DNA of 64,000 nt from the NCBI GenBank assembly GCA_951406725.2, contig OX597818.1:77004001-77068000 (forward strand), written 5' to 3'. Every line of letters begins with the position of its first letter. Position 1 is the first letter of the stretch. The notes under the pieces are model-generated. The model did not search any database. It was not told the DNA's origin and was given only the letters and a program-made list of their open reading frames with translations. This DNA is from Octopus vulgaris. Lineage: Eukaryota. The translations under genes were made by a program, and so were the position numbers. Positions 12,590-25,470 of this stretch are shown here, one piece after another.

Positions 12590-14290
12590 TCAACATCCTG
12601 AACTAGGCTTTCTCCACCTCATCTCATACTTTCCTGGATCACCCTCTTCTATAGATTCCTCTTCCTTATACAACTATCTGTAGCCATATGCATCTCATGG
12701 CCAAACTAATGTAGTCTTCTCTCTTGTACACTTCATTTAATTCCTCTTTTGCCTAGTTTTTCTCTCCACACATTTATACTTTGTCATTCATGTACACTGA
12801 CATTGCATATCCAGCAGAGCATGCTTGTTTCATTTCTTTCAAATTTTTGCAGGTTCTCTACATTCAGGATGATAAATTGAAGGGGTCTGAGCACTGAGAC
12901 CTGGTGAATTCCCTATCTGCACACTAAATTTGTTGTTGTACTCATTGCTTGCCTTCACCATGCTGAAAGCACCCACTGCATATGGTTGTGTGGCTCTCAC
13001 AAACCATTCATCTACTACTCTCAGCTTCCTCAGTGCCTACATGAGGGATTCTGTTAAAAGCTTTCTCCACGCTGACAAATGCTGGGTACAGTGGCTTATT
13101 TTTTGCCAAGTATTTGTGCAACTGTCTCACTAGGAAGATGGCACTTGTACTTCTTCCTGGCACACAACCAAACTGCATCTTATCTTGGCTAACTAATCAG
13201 TTAAACTATTATTCTCTCTGTAATTTTCATGACCTAGTCCAGCAATGTGATACTCCTGTAGTTTTCTCTCTCTAAGGCATCTCTTTTGCTCTTTTAGCAG
13301 TTGAACTATGAGGGGGTACCCAAACGTAACTGGAAATGTTCTGTGGGACAAGCCCATTGTAGTTCGGGCTTCTGTTACTAGGCATCAGTCAACCAACTGT
13401 TGTTAGATGATGTCGTACTACTATATGGTGCATCTTTGCTTTGCAGTGCTTCTCCTTTGTTTGTCAATTTTTGCTATGGTTGAAGTGAAAGAACAGTGTG
13501 CTTCCATGAAATTCTGTTTTCTGTTGGGGAAAATGATGGTTGAAATAGTTGTCATGCTTTAAACAGCTTACAAGGATGTTGCCATGAACATAACACAAGT
13601 TTACAAGTGGTTTTTACACTTGAGGAATGGTCACTTGTTGTTTGAGGACCAACCTCATTCAAGACGACAGTCAGCCTCATGAACAAATGAAAACATCATG
13701 AAAATTCATGAACTGATCATGGAGGACCATCACCGAACAATTGATGAACTTGTTGATATGATTGCACACCCTGGAGCTCTTGCCAGTAAATTTCAGTGAA
13801 GAATTGCGAATGAAAAGAGTTGTAGCAAAATTTGTACTTCACAAGCTCATGGAAGATAAAAAGCAGTCACAACTGAATGTATGTCATGTACTGAAAGAAC
13901 AGTTGAATGTTGATCCTGACCTTTTTTTTTGAAGGTCATCAGTGGTGATGAAAGCTGGTGCTACAGAATTTGTGGATGTAGAAGAGGTGAAGAAAAAAAA
14001 TGACATGTTAAAAGGCATCAGTTCATAAGAGTTCCAGCACTCCTTTGAACAGTGGAAAATACGTCTGGATGATGTATTGCTTCAAATGGAGAATACTTTG
14101 AAGGTATTAAGTGTAAACATGTAAAACTAAGTGAATGAGAGAACATTGCAAAATTCTGGTTTCTTTTGGGTTCTCCCTCATATGTCACTGCTACACCAGT
14201 CATTGTACAGTCAGTCAAGCTGTATCCTACTCTGACAAGCGTTTTAAGCATCTCATCAGTAATTCCTGATAGACTAGGGAATTTTCCTGC
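12590..14290 (-). mobile_element. Decayed RTE LINE RT/3' fragment, split by a mariner
   Basis: The reverse strand gives GIT.EMLK, NDWCS, GITLLD.VMKITE, MQFG and EKAFNR segments homologous to the intact RTE. Confidence 0.8.
13309..14180 (+). mobile_element. Internally deleted mariner transposon
   Basis: TIRs TGAGGGGGTACCCAAA / TTTGGGTTCTCCCTCA with TA duplications at 13307 and 14181. Decayed EQ..MKFCFLLGK, AKFV and ISGDESWCY motifs are present; most of the catalytic domain is missing. Confidence 0.85.
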
Positions 14291-15374
14291 CTTTTAAAGT
14301 TCACTTTTCCATGTTCACATGGGTTGGAAGGAATGTGTTGAGGTAGATTTTCTATGGCTGGATGCCTTTCTTTTTGCTAACTCTCACCTGTTTTTCCAAA
14401 ATATTGGAAATGAATTACACTGCTTTTACGACAGTGACACTTATTTACAAGGAGACACAAACATACAATCATGCAATTTGGGTTTTTCCTCAGTTTTTTT
14501 TTCTTTGAAATCAACTCACAAGGCTTTGGTTAAACTGAAGACCTTAGTAGAAGACACTAGTGGGACTGAACCTGAAACCATGTAGTTGAGAAGCAGGCTT
14601 CTTATCCACACAGTCATGTGTGTGTATTTGTATATGTTGTCTTAACATTTTTCAAATTCTTGAATTGTTAGTAATAAATATCAAAGTGAAATTATTTTAA
14701 AGTAGGTTTTAGAATAACAAGGAAATATTTACTGCAAGTTTGACATAATACTGAGATAATGGTTGAATAAGCTGTTAGGTGAAACTTAGTCTCAGTCAAT
14801 GTGAACTTCATGAATAAATACTAAGTAAACAGTTCATATATATCTTAGCTGTGCTTTAGAGGTTTTAGTGTCCTCATTTCTGTATCACTGTCAGTAGCTG
14901 ATTGAAATGAAATAAAAATAGTTGAGAAAGAAAGCACAGGTTTGTCATTGGTCTTGTAAACAAATGGATTAAAACTATTTGTTGGTGTAACCTGACTCAC
15001 ATAAGCATTTCGCATACATTTGAATTGTTAAATATGAGAAAATTGTTCATATGATAAAAGACCACTACTGGATGTGGGTTTCCTTGCTTGCTTAGTTGTT
15101 TTTGTTTCATTTCAATCAGCATACCTCCACCCATCCAGTTATGATATGAACCATGGTTCTTAATTAATGTTTGATGAATTCAAAAGTATGTTAAATATTT
15201 AGAGGAGTCAGAAATTTTGAGCAGTAATTTTCCCTCATATCTTATAAAAGCAAATACAACAGTTAGTTTCAAATATTTACCAAACAGTCAGGACCGACAC
15301 ATGAGAAAATGAAGGACTGTGTTGATGTCGTCTTTTTGCAGACCATCTCGTTGGAGGTTGTAGATGTTGTAGTA

Positions 15375-15675
15375 AAGGCATGTGGCTTAGTGGTTTAAGG
15401 GTATTTGGCTCACAATCTTTAGGTAATAAATTCAATTCCCAGTGATGCTTTATTTCGTGTTGCTCCAGACCACTCAGCTGGCAAAAATGAGTAGTACCTG
15501 TATTTCAAAAGGCCATCTTTGTCACATTCTGTGTCATGCTGAATCTCCCTGGTAACTACATTAAGAGTACACATGCCTGTGGAGTACTTAGCCACTTGTG
15601 TGTTAATTTCACAAGCAGGCTGTTCCATTGGTTGGATCAACTGGAACCTTTGTCATTGTAACCAATGGAGTGCTG
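15375..15675 (+). mobile_element. tRNA-derived SINE of another family
   Basis: GTGGCTTAGTGGTT A-box-like head and TTCAATTCCC B-box-like segment. The tail TTCACAAGCAGGCTGTTCCATTG...GGAGTGC also occurs at window positions 1-66. Confidence 0.7.
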
Positions 15676-15699
15676 GTAATATAGATGTTGTACAATAAA

Positions 15700-16270
15700 T
15701 AAGCAGGGATCGAGACTCAGAATTCTGTGATATTGATGACCTAACCATCTGCAATACAAACTTCAGAAGACCAGACATCTAGTCAGTTGATCATCTGACA
15801 ATCAAATACACAAACCAAATATATTGCACACTCACCAGAAAATAGAATAAGTAGTTGTAAATACTAAGTCTTTCCTCACTGAAATTGTACTGCTCCATGT
15901 CGAGTGCTGACATGTAGGAGACAGAGGAGGCAATTGACAGTAAGTTTATATAAGCAACTTGCTATCAGCCACAGACCAGATCTGTGGGTAGAACTGGGTT
16001 CTAGACAAATGAAAGGTAAAATTCCACAGCAGAGAGAACCGTAAAACCTAAAAGACAGGCATGGGAATATTAAAAGAAAGTGAAATAAGGAATAATACCA
16101 AGTAAGAAGAGAAGACAGGAATCAGGTATACATAGGAAAGTTTGCAAATCTTTGTGATGAAACACTTGGAAGTGTGGATAACAAGGCTGTGTGTCACTAT
16201 GAATTAAGTCATTGCTATGGAAAAGTGCCTACAAAATGATGGCAGTGTACTTGCCCTCTCTGATGCATGT
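15700..16270 (+). mobile_element. Heavily decayed RTE fragment
   Basis: EFCDIDDLTICNTNFRRP and ATDQICG homologies to the intact RTE. Confidence 0.7.
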
Positions 16271-16559
16271 ATTTATCATGCTACCATCAGAAAAGTTGCC
16301 TTGTTTCTAGCAAGTTTTCTGAGTTCTCTCTACTCTGTGTTTCTGTTCACTGAAGGTAACATGACCAAGTGGTGGATAGCAGAGAGATTATGAGAGCTGG
16401 GGAAGGGCAATAGGATTGAGAATATGATGGGTGATGTAATAATGAAACCATGACAGTGATAGACAGCTACACATAAGTTGTTGGTAAGGAAACTGAAAAG
16501 AAGAATGTGATCAGCATGATAGAGGAAGAGAGTAATTGAAGAGAAAGTACACAGCACCT

Positions 16560-17710
16560 TTCAAACAATCCATCAAATATCTCCTTGTTAATAAAACAAA
16601 GAACATACAGGACAAACACTGTTACTGAGCTCCTATCTTATTGCCAACACAAGCAAAGAAGCTAGTCATCCCATTACTGAGACTAAACCATGTGGATTAC
16701 TTTGCCATGAGACCTCACATACTATTTATCACCCTTAATGACCACAAATTTAATCTCCTTCTGAACTCTAAATGCATGCTGATTAATCCTCTAAAGATGA
16801 AGTAGGCATAATAAGTATATCCTCAACACCATGAATTTTGATTTCAGAAGGGCTTCTGGGTGAGCTCAAAGGAACTGCAGGCCATTATTATTAACAGGTT
16901 CTATGGAATTAAGAACAAAGTTGACTGCAAATTCACCTGGTTTGATATAGTGGATTTTTATTCCAGATTCAAACCTCTTTTCTTAAAAGCCATGGACATT
17001 TAGAACCAATTCATTATGATTAGCAATATCTTTTGAGAGCTATGATAGATCTGATGTGGATCTCATTGGCTAATTTATCTGATATATCCTCAAAAGCATC
17101 CAGCTCACTGCCCAGGTTTGTATAGAGACACTGTCCTGGCAATTTCAAGCAGTATGAACTATGATGCCAGCGACAGGTTTATAAGTTTGACTTACTACCA
17201 ATCTAACCACCGTCAACTTAAGATATCCTGACAAGTGCTATCTCTATAGAAAGCCTAATGAGGAGATCAAATATATTTGGTGAAATTCCAATCACTTCCC
17301 CACCCATTTATAATTAGAAACTTAGTTGTGAATGTTAGTAAAAGAATGTCCCATTTATCCTCAGATAGTTTTGGCAGAGCTGCATTCCATTACAAGGTTT
17401 TAGTGATAAGTTATTGTATGTGAATGATCTCCCACTCATGCCCACAAAGAGATTAGAAAGATAAAAATAACCAGGTTCAATCCTCAGTTCAACCTATGGC
17501 TTTATGAAGATAATCAAGAATTATTTTTAATTAGGTGATAATCCCATAACATACTTAAGTACTACAAGCTTTTTATGCATATATTGTTAATGTTTGTTAT
17601 TCTTGCCTAAATAACATCACTTCCAACACAGCCTGCTATAACAAGGAAAAGCATGCATCTTTGCACATTTTACACCAGGTACTCACCTGTAACTGCTAAA
17701 ATCAAGCTAC
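16560..17710 (+). mobile_element. Decayed Penelope-like element (RT region, Neptune-like)
   Basis: Ordered PLE motifs with frameshifts: ITLNDHK...KCMLINP (~16728), WFDIVDFY (~16938), SYD, GLYRD, SNH.P, KITRFNPQF, KYYKLF...YSCL, TCNC. Confidence 0.75.
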
Positions 17711-18389
17711 CTGACCACTGATGGGATTCTTCCTTTCCAAAGCAGTGATCACTAGGAGCTCTCTTACCCTCACTTGACGATATCCTAAAGAATTAAACAG
17801 AACACACAATATCTCAAAGGAAGGTTCATTCAGCATGCTCACCTTCAAATTTAGCATCAAGGAAATGTCCTTCTCTGTCCCATTTTTGTCTGGAGGCTTT
17901 GGGATCAGGGAAATAACATACCCATCATGAATTAGAGTAATCTCATCACAGCCCCTCTTATTTACAACAGCTGACTTTGTTTCTGTGAGAATGTGCACAT
18001 ATTGCCATAACTACAGAATGATTTCTGGAGTTTTTAAGTCTTCCATTTGTAGCTGTCTTTTTGTATGACAGTGTTTATGATGTTGGGTTCATGATCATAA
18101 GATTGTGGGTTCAATTCCTGGTCTAGGTAGCACATTGCATTCTTGAGTAAGGTACATTTCACATTGCTCCAGATTACTCAATTGAAAATTAGTACCAGCT
18201 AAATACTGGTGCAGTTCTTTCCCCATCTATCTGTCACATTCTTGGTGTTTTGAAATTGTAAGAAGCCCTTCCTATAAATGTGTATATGTGTTTTCCATGC
18301 TTGTATGAGTCAGATGCAATTCACTGATGCAGTTTTCTATGGCCAGATGCCCTTCCTGTCACCAACCTCAGTGACATTTTTTCACGACT

Positions 18390-18710
18390 ATGGCATGACA
18401 GCTGTGTGGTAAGAAGTTTGCTTCCCAACCACATGGTTCCAGATTCAGTCCCACTGCATGGCACTTTGAGCATGTCTTTAGTCTTGGGCTGACCAAAGCC
18501 TTGTGAATAGATTTGGTTGAGGAAACTGAAAGACCATCATATATATACATAGATGTATAATAGGCATGGTTGTAGTATGTGTGTCTTTGTGTGTCTCCCA
18601 CCACTGTTTGACAACTGGTGTTGGTGTGTTTGCATCCCCCTAGCTTAGCGAATTCTTCAAGGTGTTACTCCAGAAAGGCCGTTGTCTAATAACTAAAACA
18701 AGTAAAAAAA
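18390..18710 (+). mobile_element. tRNA-derived SINE copy
   Basis: Same head, body and tail as the copy at 65-1135. Confidence 0.8.
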
Positions 18711-20197
18711 TAACACACACACACACACAAGTAATGTATTTAGTCTCCAATCTTTTGTAAAAACCTGTCTGAGCAGGGAGAAATATTACCTTGCTTGGAA
18801 AGAGATGAGGTTGGTGACAGGAAGGGCATCTGGCCATAGAAAACTGCATCAGTGTTTTTCACCTGACCCATGCAAAACATGGAAAAGTAGACACTGAAAT
18901 TATAATGGTGATGCTGATGTCACACTTCACATGGAAATTTAAAAAGAAAAAGTTTTCTGGTTACAAATTTAGGAAAAAAAGCATACAAAATCCTTTTGTT
19001 TGTTATATTAAACATATATGTATATAAGAAAATTGTGAATCACATGTTTTTCAGAACTCTTAAACATTTATGTAAATTATCTAAAAAAATTTTTAATTAT
19101 ATTTTTAAAAATCCACAACATACTTAGTTACCTTTATGGGGCATGATTTAAGAACAAGTGTTCTAGGCTAGTGTGGGTGGAACCTACATTCCTAAGAGAC
19201 CTTTTACTGCAAAACTATACACTAGATTTGTGGCTGGAATAGGTGTAGCCAATTTGATAGTGGATTAGTGTCCCCTATAAAGTTGCAAGACCCAAAGGAG
19301 ATATATACTTCTGTGTTGTGTTATGGGGAGGAACAACAGGAGTGTATCAACTTACATTCCCAGACATTACAGGATTTGATGGGGGCTAGAGGTGGTGGTG
19401 GTTTTTCTGAATTTCATATCAATAACCTTGAACTTTCTGATTGTGAAAACAAACAAGTATGAAAATGTCAGTGGCAGATAGCTTAGTGCATATCTGTGTG
19501 TGTATGGTATGTATGTACGTAAGCATCTGTCTGTCTCTCATATATATATATATATATCCTTTAATGTTAATTTTCTATGGTGCATAGAAGAGGATCCTAT
19601 GAGTCAGGACACTGCATCGAGTACCAGTGTCTGCTTCGGCATGGTTTCTTTGGTTGGATGCCCATCTGAATGCTAACCACTTTACAGTGTATACTGGGTG
19701 CTATTTTCATGGCACCAGCACTAGTGAGGTCATCAGGTAACTTGCAAGACAAAACCCCTTGATTAAGTGGGGTGCAGTATTGAGGGTGGTGGCTTTGTGC
19801 TTGGGGTCGAGAGGCTAATGTATAACGGGGAAACAGAAACAGATATCTTGCCATTGAGGAGATACATGACTACTCCAGTTTGGAAGGAAGAAAGGAGGGT
19901 AGTGATGAGGTATCAGGACATATCCTCAAGGTACAAAAAAGTGGATATAACAGAGAATAGGGTCAGAGGATTGAGGATGAGTGGATATGTAGGTTTGTAA
20001 GAATGTGAAAAGGGAGTGATATATGGTTAGAGATGAGGACAGAGGTGAATGGCAAATATAACTGGACGCGTGACCAATTGTGAATCTTAGTTTTCTTGAA
20101 AGGAGAGGGCAAATAAAATTAGGAATGAATCAAGGTCATAAGTGGCAGTACATAAAGATGGGGTGGAGAGCAACAGTATGTAAAACCATAGATAACG

Positions 20198-20530
20198 ATG
20201 CCCGCGTGGCTGTGTGGTAAGAAAGTTGCTTCCCAACTACATAGTTCCAGATTCAGTCTCAGTGTGTGGCACCTTGGGCAAGTGTCTTCTATTATAGTCT
20301 TGGGCCAACCAAAGCCTTGTGAGACAGAAACTGAAAAAAGCCCATTGTATGTGTGTGTCTGTGTTTGTGTCCCACCACTGCTTGACAACTGGTGTTGGTG
20401 TGTTTACACCCTTGTAACTGAGCAGTTCAGTAAAAGATTATTGAGAGAATAAGTACCAGTTATTAAAAAAAAACAAAACAAAAAGCACTGAGTTTGATTT
20501 ATTTGACTAAAAACTCTTCAAGAAAGTGAA
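20198..20530 (+). mobile_element. tRNA-derived SINE copy
   Basis: GCGTGGCTGTGTGGTAAG head, CACCTTGGGCAAGTG, and the shared tail. Confidence 0.8.
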
Positions 20531-21026
20531 AGAGATAAAATAAATAGATGAGAAATAAGAAGATGGTGTGTGTATGGGGGTGAGGTGCTGTGCAGTTACG
20601 AAGTTTGATTGGAAATTGTGGTTTGAGGTTCAGCCTCACTGTGTGGATACTATTAGTAGGTGTTCTCAACTATGGCAACAGGTTGACCAATACCTAGTGG
20701 ATGAAATTTGCTAAATGGGAACTGGAAGAAACCCATAACATATGTGTGTGAGTGAGTGAGTGTGTATTTTTTTTACATGTGTAGGCAGATTGTAAACAAA
20801 GAGGCACCTTTCCTTCAAATGGTATCATTTTCTTAGAAACCTCCACAAAAGAATGTCTGGGTTGTGTGCTGTTGATTAGGCTGAGAAATATTACTTTGCT
20901 TAGAAAAAGGTGAGCTTGTTGACTGGAAGTGATTATTTGCCATTGAAAATCTGCTTCAATGATATCACATCTGACCTAAGAGCAAGCATGGAAAAGTGGA
21001 TGTTAAGATGATACTGATATATTGTA

Positions 21027-21062
<36 letters not shown>

Positions 21063-21214
21063 CTTGTACATCCACAAAATTTATTTTATAATTATATACA
21101 CCATCTTGCAGTGACCCACACATTTCCATGGCATCTAAAACCCAACTAAGAGCTAACATGGTATCCACCCAGATAATATATCCCTCCAAACTCACTTTTA
21201 TAAGTGGAAGCAAG

Positions 21215-22622
21215 GATTAGAATCGAAGGGCCTTAGAGTCAACCTACCTAAAACCAAAGTCTTAATAAGTAGGAAGGCAGACAAACCACAAGTCCCTTCA
21301 GGTAGATGGCCCTGCTTGATCTGTAGAAAAGTCATAGGTAGAAACTTCATAAGATGTACCCTGTGTAAGCTATAGACACATAAGGTGCAGCAATATTATA
21401 GGAAGGCTAACTGGGAAGATAGCTTTTGTATGTGGCAAATGCTCAGGTGCTTTAAACACTGAAAATGTGCAGAGAACAGCTTCTGTCACATTCCAGGGAG
21501 AAAGACTAGAAGTAGTTGATAGCTTCCGTTACCTAGGGGACCAAGTCAGTAGTGGGGGTGGATGCTCTGAAAGTGTAGCTGCTAGAATAAATATAGGCTG
21601 GGCAGAGTTCAGAGAGCTCCTATCTCTGCTGGTGACAAAGGGCCTCTTGCTCAGAGTAAAAGGTAGACTGTATGATGCATGTGTACAAACAGCCATACTA
21701 CATGGCAGTGAAACATGGGCTGTGATTGTTGAGTACATGCGTAAGCTTGCAAGGAATGAAGCCAGTATGCTCCGCTGGATGTGTAATGTCAGTGTGCATA
21801 CTCGACAGTGTAAGCACCCTGAGAGAAAAGTTGGATTTAAGAAGCATCAGATGTGGTGTGCAAGAGAGATGACTGCGCTGATATGGTCATGTGTTGCGAA
21901 TGAATGAAGACAGCTGTGTGAAAAAGTGTCACACCCTAGCGGTTGAGTGAACCTGTGGAAGAGGTAGAGCCAGGAAGACCTGAGATGACGTGCTGAAGCA
22001 TGACCTTTGAACATTGGGCCTTACCGAGGCAATGATTAGTGACTGAGACTTTTGGAGATATGCTGTGCTTGAGAAGACCCAACAAGCCAAGTGAGACCAT
22101 AGCCTATGGCCTATGCCTGTGGTGAGGCAAGTGAAATCAAATCAAAATCGCTGACATGGCCAATGACAGTACCGCCTGATTGGCACTCGTGCCAGTGGAA
22201 TGTTAAAAGCACATCCGAGCATGATCATTGCCAGACCCACAAATTGGTTCCCATGCCGGTGGCATGTAAAAAGCACCATTCAAGCATGATCGTTGCCAGC
22301 ATCGCCTTACTGGCACAGGAAAAACAATATTCAAGTGTGGTCTTGCCAGTGCCGCCAGGCTGGCCCCCATGCAGGTAGCATGTAGAAAAACACCTTTTAA
22401 GCGTGGTCATTGCCAGAACCGCCTGATTGGCCCTTGTGCTGGTGGCACGTAAAAGCACCCACTACACTCTTGGAGTGGTTGACATTAGGAAGGGCATCCA
22501 GCTGTAGAAACTTTGCTAGATCAGATTGAGCTTGGTGCAGCCTTCTGGCTCACCAGTCCTCAGTCAAACTGTCCAGCCCACGCCAGCATAGAAAGCGGAC
22601 ATTAAACAACAATGATGATGAT
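21215..22622 (+). mobile_element. 5'-truncated RTE LINE (3' ~1.4 kb)
   Basis: ORF 21467-21907 (VTFQGERLEVVDSFRYLGDQVSSGGGC...) is closely similar to the intact RTE. It is followed by 3'UTR repeats and a (GAT)n tail into (TA)n. Confidence 0.92.
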
Positions 22623-22657
22623 ATATATATATATATATGAAGAGAGAGAGAGAGTGA

Positions 22658-23064
22658 GAGAAAAACCTCTATTAAATAATTCAATAATGATAGATGTAAG
22701 TCACACCATATAGAAAACATATACTATAAAAACCTTATTCTAAAAATCAATAAAGTACATAAACAATAAATAGTAAATAGTAGTAAAAAGACTGCGCATT
22801 TTTATTATTATTATTATTTTAGACCTGATGAGTGACTATATTTTTAAATAGAATTAATTTTAAATCGATTTAATTTTAAATTGAATTGATTTTATTATTA
22901 TTATCTATTTGAAAATATAGCCACGAAACGTGTGTAGTCATTTTACTACTATTTATTGTTTTTGTACTTTATTGACTTTTAGAATAAGGTTCTTATAGTA
23001 TATGTTTTCTGTATGGTATGAATTACATCTTTCATTATTGAATTGTTTAATACAGGTTTTCCTC
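22658..23064. repeat. Large palindrome (~135-bp arms) enclosing a hammerhead ribozyme
   Basis: 22658-22797 is an imperfect reverse complement of 22931-23064. Confidence 0.9.
22822..22939 (+). ncRNA. Minimal type I hammerhead ribozyme (Penelope-type) with extended helix II
   Basis: Helix I GAC (22822-24) / GTC (22937-39); core CTGATGA 22825-31; 21-bp helix II 22832-52 / 22904-24; GAAA 22925-28; 2-bp helix III AC/GT with a GTGT loop; GUA cleavage triplet 22934-36. Confidence 0.8.
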
Positions 23065-23273
23065 CTCATCATCATCATTTAATGTTCGTTTTCCATGCTA
23101 GCATGGGTTGGACGGTTCGACCAGGGTCTGGGAAGCCAGGAGGTTGCACCAGACTCCAGTCTGATCTGGCAGTGCTTTTTACGTGCCACCGGCACAGGTA
23201 TCACAACTACAATTTCCATTTGATTTTTTTTTTATGTTGATGTACTTGACTCAATAGGTCTCCTCAAGCACAG

Positions 23274-23322
<49 letters not shown>

Positions 23323-23791
23323 GTATATATATATGTGTGTGTGTGTGTGTATTAGCATAAAATTAGGTAATGTGAAAGGTGAAGATAGATTTGACTTCCA
23401 TATGATTACAGCCATTTCGTAAACTTCATCATGTTGTATTAATTTTGGTATGCAAACAATCATATGTTCATGTTTGCATTAATATGTATGCTCAGCATCA
23501 TACAATACAATTGTATATTAAAAAATTAATGCAAATAAAGCTAGCTCATCAGGTCACTTGCTCCTTCTTTTACCTACTCTCCATCACTCCTCAGCCATGT
23601 AACGACACACGTACTTTTCATGGACTATTCTTTTCCTTCTCTCCAGACCTTTCCTCTTTCTGACTAAGAGCCATGCTCAAAATGTTGCACCTCATCTTTT
23701 GTCCACTTGAAACTGAGCATCAACTGAGCATTCATTGCGTACATCTTTTGACTTTTGTTGTCTTTGTTTTTATTTTTTATTTACCTATATA

Positions 23792-24657
23792 TGTGGTCTG
23801 ATCAATAAGTATCCAGACTGTTGCTATAGTAATGAAGTTAGAGTGAAACCACTTGGCAAAGATTGATCTTGAACTCTGCTGTGCCTGTGCACTAAGTTTC
23901 AGCATTCTAGCTCACTTCCACTGTTTACAGCAGTGTTTGGCAGGAAGGTATGTAGCATATGATTGATCGTTGCATCGACCATGACAGAGAAAGTTGTCAT
24001 GGTGATACCTGCTCAGAGGCCTACGCAAAGTTGCAGAAAGTGTATGGGGAGGAATGTATGAGCTGCACACAGGTGTATGAGTGGTTCAGACGTTTCCAAG
24101 ATGGCTGCAAAAGTGTTGATATTGATGAATGTTCTGGGAGACCCGCAATCAGCAGAATTGAGAAAAACATTACAGAGGGGAAATCACCATCAGTGAGTTG
24201 TTAAAGGATGTGCGGATTAGTTACTGTTCAGTTCAGTCCATTATCACTGAAGATTTGGATATGATATGCATGTCTGCCAAGTTTGTGCCAAAACTGATTT
24301 CAGCTGACCAAAATGACACTCGGGTTTTGGTTTCATAAGATCTCCTTGAATGTGTCAAGAATGATGAAAACTTTTTTGAAACTTTGCATAGGCCTCTGAG
24401 CAGGTATCACCAAGCTTTTGGCAAAATTTGATGCAGATTCTCTGCTCAACTTACCCTGTCATGATCAATGCAACAATCACGCACTACACACCTTCCTTCC
24501 AAGCACTGCTGTAAACAGTGGAAGTGAGTTAGAACATTAAGAATTAGTGCGCATGCACAGCAGAATTCACAGCTTCACTCTGCGATTATCTTTGGGATTA
24601 TCATCTAATAGCTTTGTTACTATGGCAACAGTCCAGATACTTACTGATCAAACCACG
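23792..24657 (+). mobile_element. Mariner-derived foldback (MITE-like) element
   Basis: TA + TGTGGTCTGATCAATAAGTATC / GATACTTACTGATCAAACCACG. The inverted arms exceed 200 bp. The centre encodes AYAKLQKVYGEECMSCTQVYEWFRRFQDG...SGRP and AKFVPK (mariner HTH and linker). Confidence 0.85.
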
Positions 24658-25102
24658 TGTTTTTATGTGCTACTAATAGTTTTTTATGCTGAGAACATAC
24701 CAAAGTTTTATAACATGTCTGGCATCTCGATAGAGTCATGAGGCACAGCCCACGTGGCATATGTGTGTGTATAGAGCCACCTGAGAGGTTAGCTGTAAAG
24801 AGATAAGGAAGGAGGTGCTGAGTGACATGATTAGAACTTTAAAATTGTGCAAAAATAGGAATATTTGTGGAGATGTTGAGCATATCAAATTGGGTTGGAG
24901 GTAATGCTAAATATTATCATCATCTTACTTCCACTTGTGCTCACATGGTTTTGCCAGGTGCCACAATGTCTTGCCACCCACTACTGCTTCCATCATCTGA
25001 CATACACACAAACTGGCCAGCTGTTGTATGTCTTCAAATGCAGTTGTATTTGTACTTGACTGTATTATCTCATTGTTTGATATGCTAGAATTATAGGGGT
25101 AG

Positions 25103-25470
25103 ACATGGCTGCATGGTAAGTAGCTTGCTTCCCAACTGCATAGGTTTTGGTTCAGTCCCACTGCATGGCGCCTTGGGCAAGTGCCTTCTACTATAGCTTG
25201 GCTGACCAAAGCCTTGTGAGTGGATTTGGTAGACGGAAACTGAAAGAAGCCTGTTAGATATATATATGTGTGTGTGTTTGTCCTCCACCACTGCTTGACA
25301 ACTGGTGTTGGTGTGTTTACATCCCCATAACTTAGCAGTTTCGCAAAAGGACTGATAGAATAAGTACTAAGCTTTAAAAAAAAAGTCCTGGGCTTGAATG
25401 GTTTCTAATAAAAATACCCTTCAAGGCAGTGCCCCAGCATGGCCACAGTCACATAAAAGATGAAAGATAA
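25103..25470 (+). mobile_element. tRNA-derived SINE copy
   Basis: Head, CCTTGGGCAAGTG and tail as in the other copies. Confidence 0.85.
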
